From Hormiphora californensis (lineage: Eukaryota > Animalia > Ctenophora): a DNA stretch of 64,000 nucleotides. A model generated the notes under the pieces. The model had not been told where the DNA came from. It did not search any database and was given only the letters and a program-made list of their open reading frames with translations. Position 1 is the stretch's first letter; each line of letters opens with the position of its first letter. Below, piece after piece: positions 62,876-64,000 of this stretch. The stretch covers positions 1,488,001 through 1,552,000 of the forward strand of contig CM035353.1 in the NCBI GenBank assembly GCA_020137815.1, given 5' to 3'. Position numbers and translations under genes: made by a program.

Positions 62876-64000
62876 GAGTGGTGATCCATGAAAGTGCAGT
62901 GATCCCTGCAGTGCAGTAGTAGTGTAATACACCCTACACTGTATGATATATAGTGCTGTAATAAAGCAACTAGGTAGTACTGTACTGCAGTTCAGGGACA
63001 TTACACATTACGCAGCTGTTATAGTGGTAGGGGACAATCTTTGAAAATGTTTATCTTCGATAATATTCGATATTATTCTTTTCGATGGACTATCTGGGGG
63101 GGGGGGCCCGCGTATTAAAATGTCCTTTAATGTCCCTCGATTTTTGGGTCATTAAATTATCCGTGTTTATTTAGGCCATTAAAGGACATTAAAGGACATT
63201 AAAAGACATTAAACTATAACTTCCAAAAACCATTTCACAATGTGTTACCAAACATTTCTACCACCAATGTACTACTAAAGGTCCTATCTTTCGATTCCAA
63301 TGAATGTTCATAAATGTTCAGTGGTGATTGGGCTTGCTTTTGCGTGGGACGTGGGTGCGGTACCTTTTTTACATGTGCATATTTCTAGCCTAGACGATAT
63401 CACAAAATCATCTTATGAAACGAAGTCATAAAAGTGAGAGAGAACAGCTCCGATTTTGATGAAACTTGGTCAGAATAGTGTTTGGTGTCTAAATTTTAGT
63501 GCTCAAATCCTAAATTTACGATTTTTAGGTTTTTTAGGTTTTTTTGGCATTTATGGGTTTCAGGAACGTCCTAGAACAAAATGAATAGAACCATCTTTCT
63601 CGGCGTAAAATTCTGCATCGATTTTAGTGGCTATAAACCTTTCTATGACGTAATGTTCCGAAGTCATCCCTGTCTGGCGCCGCGACCCATCTATCTATCT
63701 ACGGAGTGCCTGGGCTTGCCAACGGCAAGCCCACAGGGGACTATCGCAAAGCGATATCGCCGGCACTAGGAGAATAGCCCCCCTCCCCTCCCCCACCATC
63801 AGGAACTGCCCACAGGACAGGTTCCATTATAGGTGGCTTCGGGTTCGGGAGGGTAAACTCCTTCGAGAGTCGCAGGATATTGATTCTTCTTCCCTATGAG
63901 TCTTGGATCTTTGGCTCTCTATCCCTGCGACAGGTGGGGATGAGTTCTTCTGATCTTTCTCTTGGTTCTTGAGTTTATTTGCTTTCTCGATTAGCTTGAT

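Overview
Eukaryotic animal DNA, dense in repeats and spliceosomal introns. A ctenophore (Pleurobrachia/Hormiphora-like) is my best guess, inferred from gene families and repeat style only. Hand-splicing across GT-AG junctions recovers genes the ORF track fragments or misses: a 6-exon polypeptide GalNAc-transferase (-), a multi-exon F-type-lectin/galactose-binding-domain gene (+), a synaptobrevin/VAMP (-), and plasmanylethanolamine desaturase PEDS1/TMEM189 (-). The most striking structure is nesting. The PEDS1 catalytic HK|WSH motif is split by a 22.6-kb intron (29140-51782) containing an intronless same-strand LDLa-GPCR gene, a CR1/L2-type LINE with an intact ORF2, a candidate small antisense gene and many MITEs. 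A second, 3-exon LDLa-GPCR paralog lies further 5' and is probably inside the next PEDS1 intron. The rest is non-autonomous DNA elements (Tc1/mariner-type TA, hAT-type 8-bp TSD, Kolobok-type TTAA including a 1.3-kb palindrome, a head-to-tail Helitron dimer), retrotransposon relics, (GA)/(CT) microsatellites, a 33-bp minisatellite and a ~1.2-kb poly-G tract. Some low-complexity tracts may be assembly artefacts. I recognised no tRNA, rRNA or CRISPR. All family assignments come from motif recognition, not database searches.
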